Assembly: GCF_006345805.1 (NCBI RefSeq)
Contig: NC_042998.1
Coordinates: 18,228,001 to 18,292,000 of the forward strand
Source of the DNA: Octopus sinensis
Taxonomy: Eukaryota
Reading direction: 5' to 3'
DNA length: 64,000 nucleotides
Part shown: positions 51,736 to 64,000 of the stretch, one piece after another
Position numbering within the stretch: position 1 is the first letter of the stretch
How the letters are laid out: each line of letters opens with the position of its first letter
The notes under the pieces: generated by a model
Told to the model about the DNA's origin: nothing
Database searches by the model: none
What the model saw: the letters and a program-made list of their open reading frames with translations, nothing else
Position numbers and translations under genes: made by a program

Positions 51736-53298
51736 AGTCTCTGTGGCAAAATTAATCTTGCTTTTGTTGTCTTCTGTTGGGTTTACTTTTCCGTTATTCA
51801 TTCTATAGTTTTCGGCATTCATTTACCTTCTTGGTTCCTTTTCCCGTTTACTGCATTTATGTGGCTTTTGTTCACATTTTCGTTCATTTTATCTTGTTTT
51901 GCAGTTGTTCTTTGGTTAGCTTGGTCAGGGTTAGAAGACTTGTCTTCTTATTTAATTTCACAAAAATAAATATTTCCCCAAAATATTTTTTCCAAAAATG
52001 ATTTCAGAAATTATTTTCCCCTCTTTGTGGAGGGGAACAACAGTTCACTATATCTGTTACAACAGAACGTAGAACAATAACAAAAGTTTAAAATTTAACA
52101 ATAAATGGCAAAAAGAACAATAAATAATAATTACAATTACTAACCAAATTCTCGAAATGACAAATTAACCGCAGCATTCTGCCAGCTCGCCGCCTTATAT
52201 AATATCAATGTATTAGCATTGAGTATTTTGTACTACAATGTACAAAGGAAGATTTCATTTGTTAGGACAGTCGACACCTAACATAATTCGTGGACGAATT
52301 TATCGGTTTTGTCTAACATTTTGAAAGACTGTGGGGAAGATATTCGTTCCTGTAATATATTCTCGTCTTTAAGGCTGAAACGAAACACTGCAACTTAACG
52401 ACAGCAATAATTGCTCATGTTAGTCTTCAGACTATGACTTGGATTACAACAGAACAAAAACTGTTGGAAATTTACAGCTGCTGAAAAAACATACATTGTT
52501 TTATCAGCAATGTCGTACAATTTCATAAAAAAAATACCATCAATGTTAATCAAACAAATGAAACAGAGAAGCATAGGAACACGAGATTTCGAGAAGAAAA
52601 TGTCGTAAAATGTTAAATAATATACACCCATTTATTTACAAAACCTCATATGGCCCAAGTCGTGTACCTAGCTTATATTTATTATTCTATAAAAAGTGAT
52701 TGTGTAAAATCAATACACACATTTGACTCTAAATTTATAAGACTGTTACCGAGCACTCACTATAGCTACACTTTACCACGTTTCGCTTTTCATATGTGAT
52801 CTGAAATCATATGCATGGTGAGACAGCTATAAGACTAGCTGAGATTTGCGCTGACAATCTAAATATTAGATTGACGTTTAAAAATCAAAGTAATGGAAGA
52901 TGTCACGAAATATGGTAGTGCTTTGTAATAAAATCGATGGACATCAAAAATAAATTTTTTAAATTATCGGTATTTCTACAAAATGAAGAATATTCTGTTC
53001 GATTGAAAAATGAAAAGAAAAAAACTTAAAGAATTAATATACACAGACATTCGATTTCATTTGCAACACACTTTGGAGAATATTGAATGTTGTAAATAAC
53101 CTTTTTATTTCAGAAAAAAAAATCTTCAAATAAAGCAATATTCGCAAAGTATTCAATAGAAAAAAAGAAATTATTTTGAAAGTTTAGAGATGCGTTATCC
53201 CGTTGCTACGCAAACTCATACTCGACTAACACAAGCGTCCAATGGTTATTTTCCTTTAGACACGCACTCATGCACGCACATACGTATGCGCGCGCGTA

Positions 53299-53470
53299 TC
53301 TATTATATAAAATCCGTTCCGTCTGTCTGTGTGTGTGTCTTCTAGGATCTCGGGCATCCTCCATCCGATTGCGCTCAAATTTGATATGTAGATACCGACG
53401 TTATCGGGCGTGTATAAGTATTGAAAAAAAATACAAAATCGATTCCAGGTGAGAATGCGATCGATAAAGC
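53299..53470 (+). mobile_element. Helitron-like 5' end
   Basis: A|TCTATTATATAAAA followed by GTCTGTCTGTGTGTG, the same layout as 12718; no 3' hairpin/CTAG found. Confidence 0.45.
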
Positions 53471-53905
53471 CGTTTTTGACCTGCTTTTCTTCCGCCAACC
53501 TGTACAAACTGCATCCTCCATTTTTTGTTGTTTTTGTACTGCTTAAAGGCACGTTTCTTTGCTGCCAAGCTTACTGCTTAAACCATGTTTGTGTTCTCCT
53601 AGTCAACGACCTTATCATTACTGGTACTTTAAACTCTTCAGTTGCATATTTGTGTGAAAGAAATCGCGCCTCAAATTTAGGTTAAATAAGTGTTTCTCAA
53701 AGGGGAGACCTATGGGACGGTCGGACAAGCTGTTTTGAGAAAATTTGGTTTAAATGTTTGACAACTCAGCACCGTTCATTGGACGGGGTGGGGACGTTTT
53801 GCTCGTATATATATATATATATATATTTACACCCCTCACGCATATATATGCATACGTGTGGGTAAAGTTATGAATAAATAAACAAATGTATATAGGTGTA
53901 TTTCT

Positions 53906-54120
53906 ATATTCTTTTACTCGTTTCAGGAATGTGACTGCGGCCATGCTGGAGCGCCCCATTAAGTCGAACAAGTCGGCCCCAGGACTTATTTTCTGTAAGC
54001 CTAGTACTTAATTCATCGGACTCTTTTGCTGAACTGCTAAGTTATGTGGGCGTAAACACACCAACACCGGTTGTCAAGTGATGATGGATAGATAAACACA
54101 CACATACACAAACACACATA
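53906..54120 (-). mobile_element. Family A SINE, 3' half only
   Basis: GACTGCGGCCATGCTGGAGC, GCCGAAC-like CTGAACTGCTAAG and AACACACCA motifs; stops at the (CA) tract. Confidence 0.75.
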
Positions 54121-54124
54121 CATA

Positions 54125-54975
54125 ATCATATATATTCTATCCCAGGTGGCAACCTGCAGACCCAAGCTCGTGTCAACTTCTTCGCACAATACGTGGGAAT
54201 AAACAAAATCTCTTTGCCCTTTTAGGGCTGGCTCGCAAATTTTGCGAGCATACTCAGTGGTGTCAAATATCAACCACACGGTTGCATACTTGACACCTCT
54301 AGCAATAAATTTTACTAGCTCTTTTTCAATTTGTATCTTTTTAAAGAGGGCGATGGTGTCGAGCGACTTCGAGTAAGTACTGAACACCACCGTCCTCTCT
54401 TCAAAGTATTTCATCGTCTGTTTTGGTGGGATAATCTCTCACTCCAACGCATCTTTTTGCAATTGTTTTGTTGAGGAAAAAAGTTGACTGAAAGACAAAA
54501 GTTCAAAGAATTGAATGGAAAACAAAAATGTAGGAAGGAAGGAAGGAAGAAGAAAAGAAAACAGTTCAAAAACACAGCAAACTATTCTTCTAGCTGTCTT
54601 GGTACTCGTGGCCAACTCGGTAATCCACTTGGTAATCCAGAGTACAAAACAGTCACACAAAAATTTCACCAAGAGTCGATAAAAAATAAGCACAATGTTG
54701 GCAATTATTGGAGGAGAGATACGCCCCCAAAACACACTTCTCACAGGTAAGTGATACTCTAAGCACAACTACATGAAGACAAATGCCTAGAACTCAGTGG
54801 GGATTTCTTGTTCGACAAAATAAATAAACACGAGCAACAAATCCCCAATGGACCCCTTCCCCCAAAAAACAAATGCCTTACCTTGTAGTTGTGCTTCACT
54901 TGTTCAATAATTCAGGACATTGGTGTACAGCATCGTGACTCCTAGCAGTGCAAAGAAAAACACTGACCAACGCAT
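54125..54975 (-). mobile_element. Putative 5'UTR and ORF1 N-terminus of a Tx1/L1-like LINE
   Basis: ORF 54037-54414 (ERTVVFSTYSK...FIARGVKYATVWLIFDTTEYARK) resembles RRM-like LINE ORF1 starts; same strand as the Tx1 RT at 50405-51735. Confidence 0.4.
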
Positions 54976-55609
54976 GCGCGGAAGCAAGCTTCTTACCACA
55001 CAGCCACTCCTTCGCAGATGTAAGTTAAATCTGAACATATTTCGCTGAACCCAATAAGAAATATGAATGAATAAAAAAAAAAAAATCTAAAACATTTATT
55101 CTATAAATTCCTATCTCTAAGCTAAAGTAAGAAATCAATATTTGCGCCCTAACTTTATCATATTTTTAATGAGTATTTTTGTCAGCATTTATGCTTAAAA
55201 ATGCCCACTCTTTCACCGGAAGCAAAAGAAAGATAGAAAGACCTTAGTAAAATTGAATTACTTTCATTCTTAGCAAAGATTTTGATTGGTTGTTTTTCTC
55301 TATTTTATTATTTTTTTCTGTTTCTTGTTCTCAACAAATGCTTATCTTTCCACCCACTCTATCATACATGAAATCTTTTATTTCATTCTATCACTCAACA
55401 GATCATAATTTAAGCACCTGTTATAACTCGAGAGCAATATTGTGGCTAGATACAATATGGTTAGAGATTATGTGTTGTTATTATATATTAACTCCAAAAT
55501 AATATTTTGATATAATCACTAGGGAATTATGACCTCCTTCCCCTCTTCCTCTTCGTCATCATCGTTTTTCTTTACGTAACTTCTGATTTGTCGATATCAC
55601 GTCTCAGTT

Positions 55610-55870
55610 CCATCCCACATCTTTGAGAGGCAACACTTTTCTCAACACATGAGATATTCCAAATATTGCTGCCAACTGAACACTGCATGTGAAGTTTAGT
55701 ATTTGGAGGTGTTCATGATAGAATATGGCTCTCTTTGAGATGGTCCCAAGTGCTCCGATCGCAATAACTAACACACTTACTTTCGAAGCTCTATGTATTA
55801 TTTTCTCTTTCAATATTAGGTGTTGGTATTTCCTACCTTTCTTGCCCTCTGTTCTCACAATATTTATTGG
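55610..55870 (-). mobile_element. RLE-type LINE extreme C-terminal fragment
   Basis: KKGRKYQHL...KVSVLVIAIGALGTISK...VQLAAIFGISHVLRKVL, the typical R4/NeSL nuclease tail. Confidence 0.7.
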
Positions 55871-56343
55871 ACTGCAGTCAAATGACTGAAACAAATAAAG
55901 AATACCTGTTTTGGCGCAACCACTCTTACACTTGAACAACTCAACCCTTGTTCCCAAATTCAATCTCATCCACTTCAAAACTAACATAATTTCCTTACAA
56001 CTCATTCATCATGCCTCTGCCTTACGTCTTCAGCATAACATCCAATGTAACTTTCAACTCCTTCAATCCGACTCACCATTAGCATCCATTTCTCAAATCC
56101 ATTCATCCATTTAAACTGCCAGCATACTAAGTGAATTATTTATACCTTCTTATTCTCTCATATGATGCTATGCTCTCGAATTAACATGGCTCATATAACA
56201 GTTGAATATGTTGCTATTTTGTACTGTCGTCACTGGCGGTATCAGTTGTACCATCCCTATATCTGTACCTCAAACCGGTTTACACTCACCAGTACGAAAC
56301 TCATCTGGTGTTCAAAGGGACTATTATGCAGTTCGGCATAATT

Positions 56344-56827
56344 CAATTGTTAAGGATTATGGCAATGTGTATATATTTGAAAAATCGGTAAAATGTGCAT
56401 GCATGCACTGGGAAATTAAGCCGGATGGAAGAACAATTCCAAGCAGAATACGTTCATATGTTCTATCTACCCATTAGATCAATGGATCACTAAGTGATAT
56501 GGTATACTGATCAGAACGGACGGGCAGCAAGTAGTCAGTTGTCGAACTGTATGTCCTTGAATTTTCCTATTAATTTCTCACTTAATCCATCCTATTTAAT
56601 CTGGATAAATAGGCCGGATTAAGTGAGAAAAGAACAGAGAAATACAAGGACATACAGATCGACAACGAACCGCTTGCTTCACATCCGTTCTGATCAGCAA
56701 GCCATATCACTTAATGATGTATGCATTTTTAGTCCGATTTAATGCACCAAATCATTGGTCTAATGTAAAGTGGATAAATTGGCCAATTTTTCAAATATAT
56801 ACACATTGCCATAAACCATAACAATTG
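56344..56827. mobile_element. Old foldback element (484 bp)
   Basis: Outer about 43-bp inverted repeats, inner about 85-bp inverted repeats, and central TCTCACTTAATCC/GGATTAAGTGAGA plus CCTATTTA/TAAATAGG stems. Confidence 0.75.
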
Positions 56828-57208
56828 GACAAACACACTCTCACATCTACTAATGATAATAGTTCATAGATACTCAAACGCACACAACTTAACGGAGACT
56901 CAAGACAAGTACGTCTCATGTTACCCACATGCATGAATCATATGTATGAGAGTATCACACCGACCCAGAAATTCATACTTAGAATATTAAGAAAATAATC
57001 TAAAAGGAAGCCCTCGTCAGTACAAAGACACATTGTCGCAAAACATTAAAAATTACAATGTAAATAAGGAAGTTACAAACTTCTTGTCAATTTATTTAAA
57101 ACACGAAGGCACCGCAACACGTTATAAGTGTGGAATTTTTTGATAGTATTACAATTTAAATGGAATTCACAAAAGCTACAATATCTATAGAAGAAATACT
57201 GTTAGCAA

Positions 57209-57514
57209 GATAGAATGGTTTATACTGTCAATCTAACACGAACGTGGCAGTAAGGAGTACACCACAGCTGTTTAGCCCCAGGAAGCATCGACGCATCCTG
57301 ATGGCTTTGACACATTTTTCCTGTGTCCTTATATACATTTACGAAGGGGAGACAAACACCCCCACCCCGACTCCCCTTCGTAAATGTATATAAGGACACA
57401 GGAAAATGTGTCAAAGCCATCAGGAGGCATCGATGCTTCATGGGGCTAAACAGCGGTGGTGTACACCCCTACTGTCACGTTCGTGTTAGATTGACAGTAT
57501 ACAACCATTCTATC
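57209..57514. mobile_element. Foldback MITE (306 bp; about 143-bp arms, 19-nt loop)
   Basis: 57209-57351 versus 57371-57514 are reverse complements with scattered mismatches; no clear TSD. Confidence 0.85.
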
Positions 57515-57685
57515 GTCCCACCACCGTACATGTCTCTACGAGAGATTTAGAAATTTAGTATTTCTGATGTTAGCAAGATGCAAACTGAAAATCAGTAATC
57601 AAGTACAAGATACATTAAGCTAATCATAAAGTCTGTTGAATTATATTTTTCAAATCTGTATTTAAGTAAAACTATATATATACCC

Positions 57686-58090
57686 TCTTACTCTTTTACT
57701 TGTTTCAGTCATTTCACTGTGGCCATGCTGGAGCACCGCCTTTTAGTCGAACGAATCGACTCCAATACTTATTCTTTGTAATCCTAGTACTTATGCTATC
57801 GGTCTCTTTTCCAGAACCGCTAAGTTAGGGGGACGTAAACACACCAGCATCGGTTGTCAAGCGATGTTGGGGGGACAAACACAGACACAAAAACATACAC
57901 ACGCACACACATACATATATATATATATACGACTGGCTTCTTTCAGTTTCCCTCTACCAAATCCACTCACAAGCCTTTGGTCGGCCCGAGGCTATAGCAG
58001 AAGACACTTGCCCAAGGTGCCACGCAGTGGGACTGAACCCAGAACCATGTAGTTCGTATGCAAGCTACTTACCACATAGCCACTCTTACT
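57686..58090 (-). mobile_element. Family A SINE
   Basis: Head-to-tail homology with other copies. Confidence 0.88.
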
Positions 58091-58111
58091 ATATACATAC
58101 ATATATATCTA

Positions 58112-58143
<32 letters not shown>

Positions 58144-58187
58144 CGTTTTTCAAGATTCCTGATGTGAAATCGTGTGTTGAAACAAAT

Positions 58188-58588
58188 ATTATTATATTTC
58201 GGGACGGTCATATTGTTCTCTTTTTTTTTGCCAAAAAACACACACACTATATATTTTTTTCCTCATTCGTTTATTACTGTTGTTATTTTATCATTTAAAC
58301 TCATGTCCATTGTCCGGGACTCTTTCGGCACACTTTTCGTTTTCGTGTGTATTTTGCTCCACACACTTTCCCCACCCCGAATGGAGTAAGTGGAGCAAGA
58401 ACACACACGTAAACGAAAAGTGTCACCGAAGAGGTCACAGATGCGTGACGAAAGATGTCTGGAGAATGGACCTGAGATAAAATAATAGAATAAGAACCGT
58501 AATAAACGGGTGAGGAACAATAAATATAGTGCGCATGCTTCTTTGGCAAACAGAAAAAGAATTAATGACCATCCCGAAATACAACAAT
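58188..58588. repeat. Diverged foldback (about 400 bp)
   Basis: ATTATTATATTTCGGGACGGTCA...TTTGCTCCAC (58188-58362) versus GTGGAGCAAG...TGACCATCCCGAAATACAACAAT (58390-58588); loop 58363-58389. Confidence 0.7.
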
Positions 58589-58789
58589 GTATATATATAG
58601 GAGAGGAGAATTCTATTTATATAATCATATATTATATATTAAATTGGAATTGTTGTACGTCTGAAAGGTAAATATACACACTTGCATACATATACATAAA
58701 CAAAGGCACACACAATCAAGCTGATATATATATCTTGGCACATAAATTTATGTATATATACATACATACATACATACATACATACATAC

Positions 58790-58826
<37 letters not shown>

Positions 58827-60369
58827 TATACAGTACATTTAAGGAAGTCTGAGGCTGGTAAAAAATTGGGTCAGAGATTAAATGTGACACGCTTACAATA
58901 AATCTTAAACGTTGCACTATTTCTTAGTTGAAGGCAAAATTATGTAAATTATTTCATTCAGCAAATTTAATCAGTGTAGAGTGATAACCACTTATTAAAT
59001 GTTTAGCATTTAATCAATTGCCACTCATATTTCATATCCACAGTGTTTGTATGTAAATGTGGCAGATTGGAACTGGACTCTGTCTAGGATCCAAATATCT
59101 TTTAGACTGACATTCTAATCTTGATGCATTATCCTACGCATTATTTTGAATATGAATTTATCTGCTAGTATAAATTTAAGTTTTATCTTTATCCGCGGCA
59201 ATATAAAATGTGTCTTATTTTTGACAGCTAATTTGTAGCAGACCAGAATCACTTCAGCACAGAGATAATGTCATTTACTTGGTTGAATCAATGGACTTGT
59301 CTGCATTACGTCGTAATTATGCCTTGTGTACATGTGAGAAGTCAATTATCGCTCAATGGCATGATTATCTGACATACGAAATTTCACCATTTCTGTAAAA
59401 GTTCGTCCGAGATTGAATGTCCTTTCTCTTCCTTTACTGGCAATTTGAATCTCTTATATGCAAAACAAAGTTAATTCGAGTGAAATGTAAAAAGAAAAAA
59501 AAACTCGAATGAAGAACTAATCGATAAAGTACAAATAGTAAGGATGTAGGCTTTTCATCAGTGAACAGCCAATTAAGAACTCAAATTTCAATATATATAT
59601 GACACTTGTAAACTTCATGACTCAGACTCTTAGATTCGACATAGAATTACAACACATCGTCCTCAGAGCCTTATAAAATACGCAGTTACCTGTCATTATT
59701 GCAGAGAAGAGGAAAAATTATTGGATAGAAAAGCATAATATTGCTTACTGAAAGGTCAACACCGATTATGAAGAGTGTAAACATTACATATATAACGACT
59801 CCATTTTTTATATACAACCGTTAGGGGTCGATAAAATTAGCATCAGCTGAGCACTGGGGTCGATTTAATCGATGTATCACACACACCCCGAATTTGTTGA
59901 TCTTGTACCAACATTTCAAACCGATATTTGCTACGAATCTAGCACCGCTCTCTCACTCTACCATAAATCATATTTTAATAGTATAACAAACCATTATATC
60001 CGCTAGCAATAAATTTTGGCCCCAAAACTTCGCATCGATACTGCGATGAGATTTCCGATTCCGCTGAAGTCAGTGACCCTTTAGTTCTTTACTTTTTACT
60101 TGATATTTACAGTAGGCGGTTTCTGTAAGAACAACAATCATTTAATATCCACTGGGTATCCCAAATAGCATATAGAATGTATCCGGAAAACGCTCTACAA
60201 TTTATTTTAAAATTATAACCGTTCTATCTCTTTCGAAAATAGCAGTAACGTAGCTAAGACATTACGTTAATCTTCAAGATAGATGTATATTACCTCAAAC
60301 GTAAACTCACTGAATCCATACAATATATCGTTTTCAAATTTTGATTTTAAATACGGCCAACAATGTCTT

Positions 60370-60545
60370 GGTAGGAGATAAGTCAATTACATTCATTTCA
60401 ATACTCAACTGGTGAATTTTTTAGTGAAATCGAAAGGCAATGTCGAACTAAGCGGAATTTGAACTCCGAGTGTAAAGACGGACAAACCAAATCAACTAAG
60501 CATTTTGCCCGGCGTGCTAATAATCCTGCTCGCTCGGCGACTTAA
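60370..60545 (-). mobile_element. Family B SINE (diverged)
   Basis: GGAATTTGAACTC and GCATTTTGCCCGGCGTGCTAA. Confidence 0.7.
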
Positions 60546-60659
60546 TGATTCCTTGCAATATATTAACATCAAGTTCAGTTACCCGCAATTCGTTTTAAAT
60601 AGTGTCGTAAAAGTTACATTATTTACATTCGACGGATAATTGTCCTCATCTTGTTTGTT

Positions 60660-60705
60660 GTTACAACGTTTCGGCTGATATACCCTCCAGTGGTTATCAG
60701 GTGTC
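60660..60705 (-). ncRNA. Degenerate hammerhead-like motif in the downstream pseudo-LTR
   Basis: GACAC-CTGATAA-cca-CTG...CAG-cc-GAAACGTT; G8 changed to A and helix II weakened. Confidence 0.4.
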
Positions 60706-60753
60706 TTGGGGGAAATTTCGAACGTGGGTTCTCATTCCTAAGGTATTTTTCTG

Positions 60754-60862
<109 letters not shown>

Positions 60863-61696
60863 CGTTGTTGTTGTTGTTCAGCCCACTGCTTGGAATCAGA
60901 CTTGGAATCTTGGGGTCCACCACTTCCCCATATGCCCGTGGGCAATTATGGAGTGAATTTTAGGGCTTATAAATCTAATATTTTTCTATCCTTTCTAAAT
61001 ACCGGTTCCCATATGCTGCCCATATCTGCACTCGGTCTGCTTATGGGGTTGTTGTGTCATAGCATATGTGCTGCTTCTTTTAGTTTTCGTATTTTCCAGT
61101 GGTGTTCTCTGTCTATTATTTTAACTTCATTCCACAGTGGGGAGGTGGTCTCCATTTTTCCATACATCAACAGCTATACCCGATTTATCAACATCTCCTC
61201 GTGTCACAGCTTTTCGAAGTGCATCTACACTTATTTTTAGGAGGCGGCATGTTTCGCCTTTGCATAACCTACCACAGCTGCATAGGATGGAGTACACACA
61301 GGCTTTGGTCATATTCTCTTCGATTGGCGGTTTTACTCGAAAGAGATATTTGCAAAGTGTTGTATCACTCTTGAATACTGCCCTGATGTCATATTGGCCG
61401 CATTTCTTTTGTAACTTTTCGGAGAGGCCTTTCACATAGGGTAGATAGACTGTGGATTGTTTATTAGTCTCATCCTCTCTCTTCATATTTAGAGTGGATC
61501 GTATACCTGTGGGGTAGCTGTTGCTTAACAGATCGTTATTGAGCCCCCCGGGCATATGGCGTAGTGGTTAATATCGCGGCCTACTAACATCAAGATTCCG
61601 AGCTTGATTCCAAGCAGTGACCTGAACAACAGCAACAATAATAATAACATCGAAAAATACCTTAGGAATGAGAACCCAGGTTCGAAATTTCCCCAA

Positions 61697-61742
61697 GACA
61701 CCTGATGAAGGCTGGAAGGTATATCAGCCGAAATGTTATGTT
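61697..61742 (+). ncRNA. Hammerhead-like motif (canonical CUGAUGA) in the inverted pseudo-LTR
   Basis: GACAC-CTGATGA(61702-61708)-A-GGCTG gaaggtatat CAGCC-GAAA(61730-61733)-TGTT-ATGTT; two substitutions relative to the GAAACGTTG seen in the other copy. Confidence 0.55.
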
Positions 61743-62849
61743 AACAACAAAGAAGATGAGGACAAATATCCGTCGAATGTAAATAATGTAAATAATGTAA
61801 ATAATGTACACAATTCCTCATCTCTTAAATACAGAACTGTGTCGTCAAAGGTGTTTCTACTAATATATTCAAAGTCTCCGCTGACGAGGACATTTTCAAT
61901 AATTACACACTCTTCTTCCCAACTGGAGAGTCAAAGCTGCTCTTGTCCAGACGTGTGCAGAGATTGCAATTTGGACAACGATTGGGAGTCTCGTTTATAT
62001 CGTTCCCTAAATTTAATGACTGGCATTTATTCAAGAGAAACGTTTATAATTGCATTTATTAAATCAATTATTAAAGCTTCAATGTCTGAGAATCCATACA
62101 AAAGACAAGGATGAAATCTCACCTTACTGACTAAACAGGGATTAAAACAGTTTGTCATTTTCGACGACTATAACATAATAAAATTCTTCTGGTCTCAGCA
62201 AACTGTAATCTCTCTAAAGAAATATAATATTTATTTCTCTAGCAAGGCATTAATACATTTCAAATTCAACATTATTAGCAAACTGTTTTATTATTTGTAA
62301 CTTTCCTTAAATTTCTAATGCTAAATTTCAATTCTAGTAAAGTGATTATTTTTCTATGATTTTGTTCATGAAAATAGCCTGAGTTGACAAACTAAAAACA
62401 GTTTCACTTGTGTCAAAATGTAATAATTGCATTGATGCTATTGAGATGCATCACCCATTTAAAGTAAAATAATGTTAGCATAAAATTTAATGTACACGAA
62501 CAAATTTAGAATATTGTTAAATAGAGAACCGCGAAGGTCACAAAAAGAGAACTGTACAATTTTTACTTTTGTTTATTATTGTTTCAGCTTTTCAACATTA
62601 AATTTAGATTTAATGAATTCCAAACAGCATTAAATTTCCAAGTTACTGATGATCAAATTTTTCTTCGTCCACAAATATAGTGTTGCAGTAGAATATAGAT
62701 AAACATCGAAATAATAGTGTTATTAGCTTGAAATAAATACGTATGGACCGTGAACTAAAGATAGACCGTTCATTCTTCATATGTAACAGTGTATAGAGTA
62801 TCAATCAATAATCTGAAGAAAACTGGTTGGGCCATACACATGACAAGTT

Positions 62850-63124
62850 TTGTATTTTTTGCTACCCTTATCCACTTAACTCTAAGCATGTAAAGTTTCC
62901 TTCTTGAGTCACACCGACTTATAAGGGCCGGGAAACCGGTTTCCATGCTATACATACATCGCCCCTTCAAAGGACGTCGGTCCGCCACAGAATTACTCAC
63001 TTTTGATAGCTGAGTGCCAGCAACATGAAATGAAGTGTTTTACTTAAGTATACAATGCGTTTCCTGGTCCAGGATCGAAACCACAACCTTACGACACCCC
63101 TAACCACTAAACCACGCGCCTCCA
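62850..63124 (-). mobile_element. Diverged tRNA-derived SINE related to family D
   Basis: Minus head GGAGGCGCGTGGTTTAGTGGTTAGGG...GGTTTCGATCCTGG; shares AGTGT(C/T)TT(G/A)CT(C/T)AAG and AGCTGAGT with 39790-40102. Confidence 0.55.
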
Positions 63125-63196
63125 CTATTTGTCTCTAAGTATCATAAGATAGAAATTTCATTTATAAGCAATACGCAAAAATCGTATTTTGGTTTC

Positions 63197-63831
63197 GGAT
63201 CTTTTCCTTTTGAACGGCAGATATCAACACAATTTCTAGTTAACTAAACACTTTTAAACTTCGTATACTGGTAGAATGTGTGTATAAAACATAATTTTCT
63301 GTTGGTTTTATTGAGAAAATTCTATAGTTTGTAAGATATTTCGTCTGAAAATCCGAGCATTTCGGCAATTTTAACAAATCGATTACCTCCATTCAACTAA
63401 AATCCTTTGCTGCGTCTAAAACTGAGACAACATCCTGTAATTAATCCTAAAATCCCCCCTAAACCTAACCCTAATTTTTTTTTCTTAATTGTTAAATTAA
63501 TTTAATTCCATTGCTTTATTTTTTTACACGCGTAACAATTAAATTAATTTAACAATTAAGAAAAGAAATTAGGGTTAGGGTTAGGGAGGAGGTTTAGGGT
63601 TAGTTACAGGATGTTGTCGCAGTTTTAGACGCAGCAATTGATTTTCGCTCAAAAGAGAGCATAGGATTGGTTAAAATTCGAAAAATTAATCTACGTTAAA
63701 CAATCAAATTACAATTTTCTCAAGAAAGCCAAGAGAAAAAAATGTTTTATTTTGACACATTCTACCAGTATACGAAGTTTTAAAGTGTTCAGTTAACTAG
63801 AAATTGTCTGCCGTTCAAAAGGAAAAGATCC
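63197..63831. mobile_element. Foldback MITE with GG termini and 8-bp TSD (Merlin- or MULE-like), 635 bp
   Basis: Terminal 25 bp GGATCTTTTCCTTTTGAACGGCAGA perfectly inverted; TSD TTGGTTTC at 63189-63196 and 63832-63839; symmetry runs to a loop at 63508-63536. Confidence 0.88.
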
Positions 63832-64000
63832 TTGGTTTCACTGGTTTGTAGTATGAAACGAATCTCTTTCTGCACATATATTACAGTTCTTTAGGAAAAA
63901 AGGAAATGTATATATTCCACAAACAAATCAACCCGATAAAAGAATCAAAATTTGTGGAAGAAACGCTGTCTCATGGAAAGGTTTATTTGGTAAGCGCGTA

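Noticed and set aside
58158-58185. CCTGATGTGAAATCGTGTGTTGAAAC as another hammerhead
   Set aside because: Has CTGATG and GAAAC but lacks A9 and a pairable helix II in this copy; at most a relic.
63458-63600. TTAGGG repeats as a telomere or chromosome-fusion site
   Set aside because: Only three perfect units, mirrored inside a TSD-flanked MITE.

Overview
AT-rich eukaryotic (metazoan) genomic DNA, almost entirely intergenic or intronic. It is dominated by microsatellites and transposable-element debris; the SINE and microsatellite make-up suggests an octopus-type cephalopod (inference). No intact protein-coding gene, tRNA, rRNA or CRISPR array is supported, and nearly all ORF-track entries are translations of (TA)n, (CA)n or (AAT)n repeats. 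Supported elements: several tRNA-derived SINE families (one with about 10 copies); decayed LINEs of CR1-group, RTE/BovB, Tx1/L1, R4/Dong-like and HERO-like types; Penelope-like GIY-YIG fragments; mariner/Tc1 remnants and MITEs; non-autonomous Helitrons; and at least six long foldback hairpins, one with an exact 8-bp target-site duplication. The most interesting signal is RNA-level: six minimal type-I hammerhead-ribozyme-like folds in Penelope-related repeats. Four have non-canonical cores (CUGUCGA twice, CUGUGGA, CCGACGA) with recognisable helices, two are a tandem pair 262 bp apart, and one sits behind a tRNA-like Pol III head inside inverted Penelope pseudo-LTRs. All identifications were made by eye; no database searches or folding programs were run.
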